A DNA stretch of 45,001 bases, taken from the IMG/VR virus record IMGVR_UViG_2671180676_000003; one strand, given 5' to 3'. Made by a program: the position numbers and the translations under genes. This DNA is from a virus. Taxonomy: Duplodnaviria; Heunggongvirae; Uroviricota; Caudoviricetes. The notes beneath the pieces are model-generated. The model was given only the letters and a program-made list of their open reading frames with translations. It was not told the DNA's origin and ran no database searches. How positions within the stretch are numbered: position 1 is the first letter of the stretch; every line of letters starts with the position of its first letter. Positions 44,600-45,001 of this stretch are shown here, piece after piece.

Positions 44600-45001
44600 T
44601 GCTGCAATGCCTTTCACCTTGCTTAAGAGTTCAAGCTGTCGTGAATAAGGTTTTGCGCAATAGTAGGCTTTGATAATCTGCCCCGGTGTCGCATCGCCGG
44701 GGTCGAGTCCTTCCTCGCCCAAACACGCAACTTTGACATTAAGACCAATACTTGTGAGTCGCCTAGCTGCGGCCATAGTGTTGCGTATAGCTTGCTTTTC
44801 ACTATCCCACATCATGATCACATTACGTAATCCACGCGCCTTGAGCGTCAGGAACGCGCCCAGCTGATCTTCTGCATCCTGAGTGGTGTTGCCAGATAGA
44901 TGCATCCCGAACGTTCCTATTGGTTCCACGTAATCACGTAATGTTTCTTCGTCAAAAATAGCTCGTTTGACCCCCATAACATCGTAAGCGTCAACGGAGC
45001 A
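44591..45001 (-). CDS. Partial CDS (5' end off-window), possibly the TOPRIM-containing C-terminal part of a primase-like protein
   Basis: The frame stays open to the window edge upstream of the first Met; acidic motifs (MMWDSEKQ, GLDPGD) vaguely resemble TOPRIM. Weak. Confidence 0.3.
   Translation of the reverse strand, partial: CSVDAYDVMGVKRAIFDEETLRDYVEPIGTFGMHLSGNTTQDAEDQLGAFLTLKARGLRNVIMMWDSEKQAIRNTMAAARRLTSIGLNVKVACLGEEGLDPGDATPGQIIKAYYCAKPYSRQLELLSKVKGIAALV

Noticed and set aside
1-45001. First impression that this is a T5-like virulent phage early region (DHFR, ThyA, NrdAB, SbcCD-like, flap endonuclease, tRNAs)
   Set aside because: A DnaE-type polymerase, a RecA-like recombinase, an iteron-flanked rep gene, a tyrosine recombinase and an IS3 insertion fit a phage-plasmid much better.

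Overview
This 45 kb window reads as a segment of a large phage-plasmid, not a chromosome. My inference, from memory rather than any search, is that it resembles the SSU5/pHCM2 type of enterobacterial phage-plasmid. Most genes are densely packed on the minus strand and encode nucleotide metabolism (DHFR, thymidylate synthase, class Ia ribonucleotide reductase NrdA/NrdB, a glutaredoxin, a dNMP-kinase-like protein) and replication/recombination functions (DnaE-type polymerase, ATP-dependent ligase, RecA-like recombinase, gp32-like SSB, flap endonuclease, SbcCD-like nuclease, RuvC-like resolvase, DnaQ-like exonuclease, CobS/CobT-like pair). A P1/F-style replicon lies at 15.8-17.7 kb: a rep gene flanked by 15-bp iteron arrays, with a DnaA-box-like site and a GATC cluster upstream. 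The window opens inside the right end of an IS3-family element whose terminal bases truncate a phage-type N6-adenine methyltransferase gene. Four tRNA genes (Ser, Thr, Tyr, Asn) sit at 37.9-38.4 kb. Plus-strand, AT-rich insertions interrupt the minus-strand backbone. The strongest candidate for an undescribed system is a two-gene, terminator-ended cassette at 35.65-37.75 kb (273 aa unknown protein plus 403 aa protein with an N-terminal PD-(D/E)xK nuclease motif), next to a tyrosine recombinase, a lox-like palindrome and the tRNA cluster. A second candidate is a solitary AT-rich gene at 24.5-25.5 kb with a PD-(D/E)xK-like core. All functional calls rest on motifs read by eye; no homology search was run.
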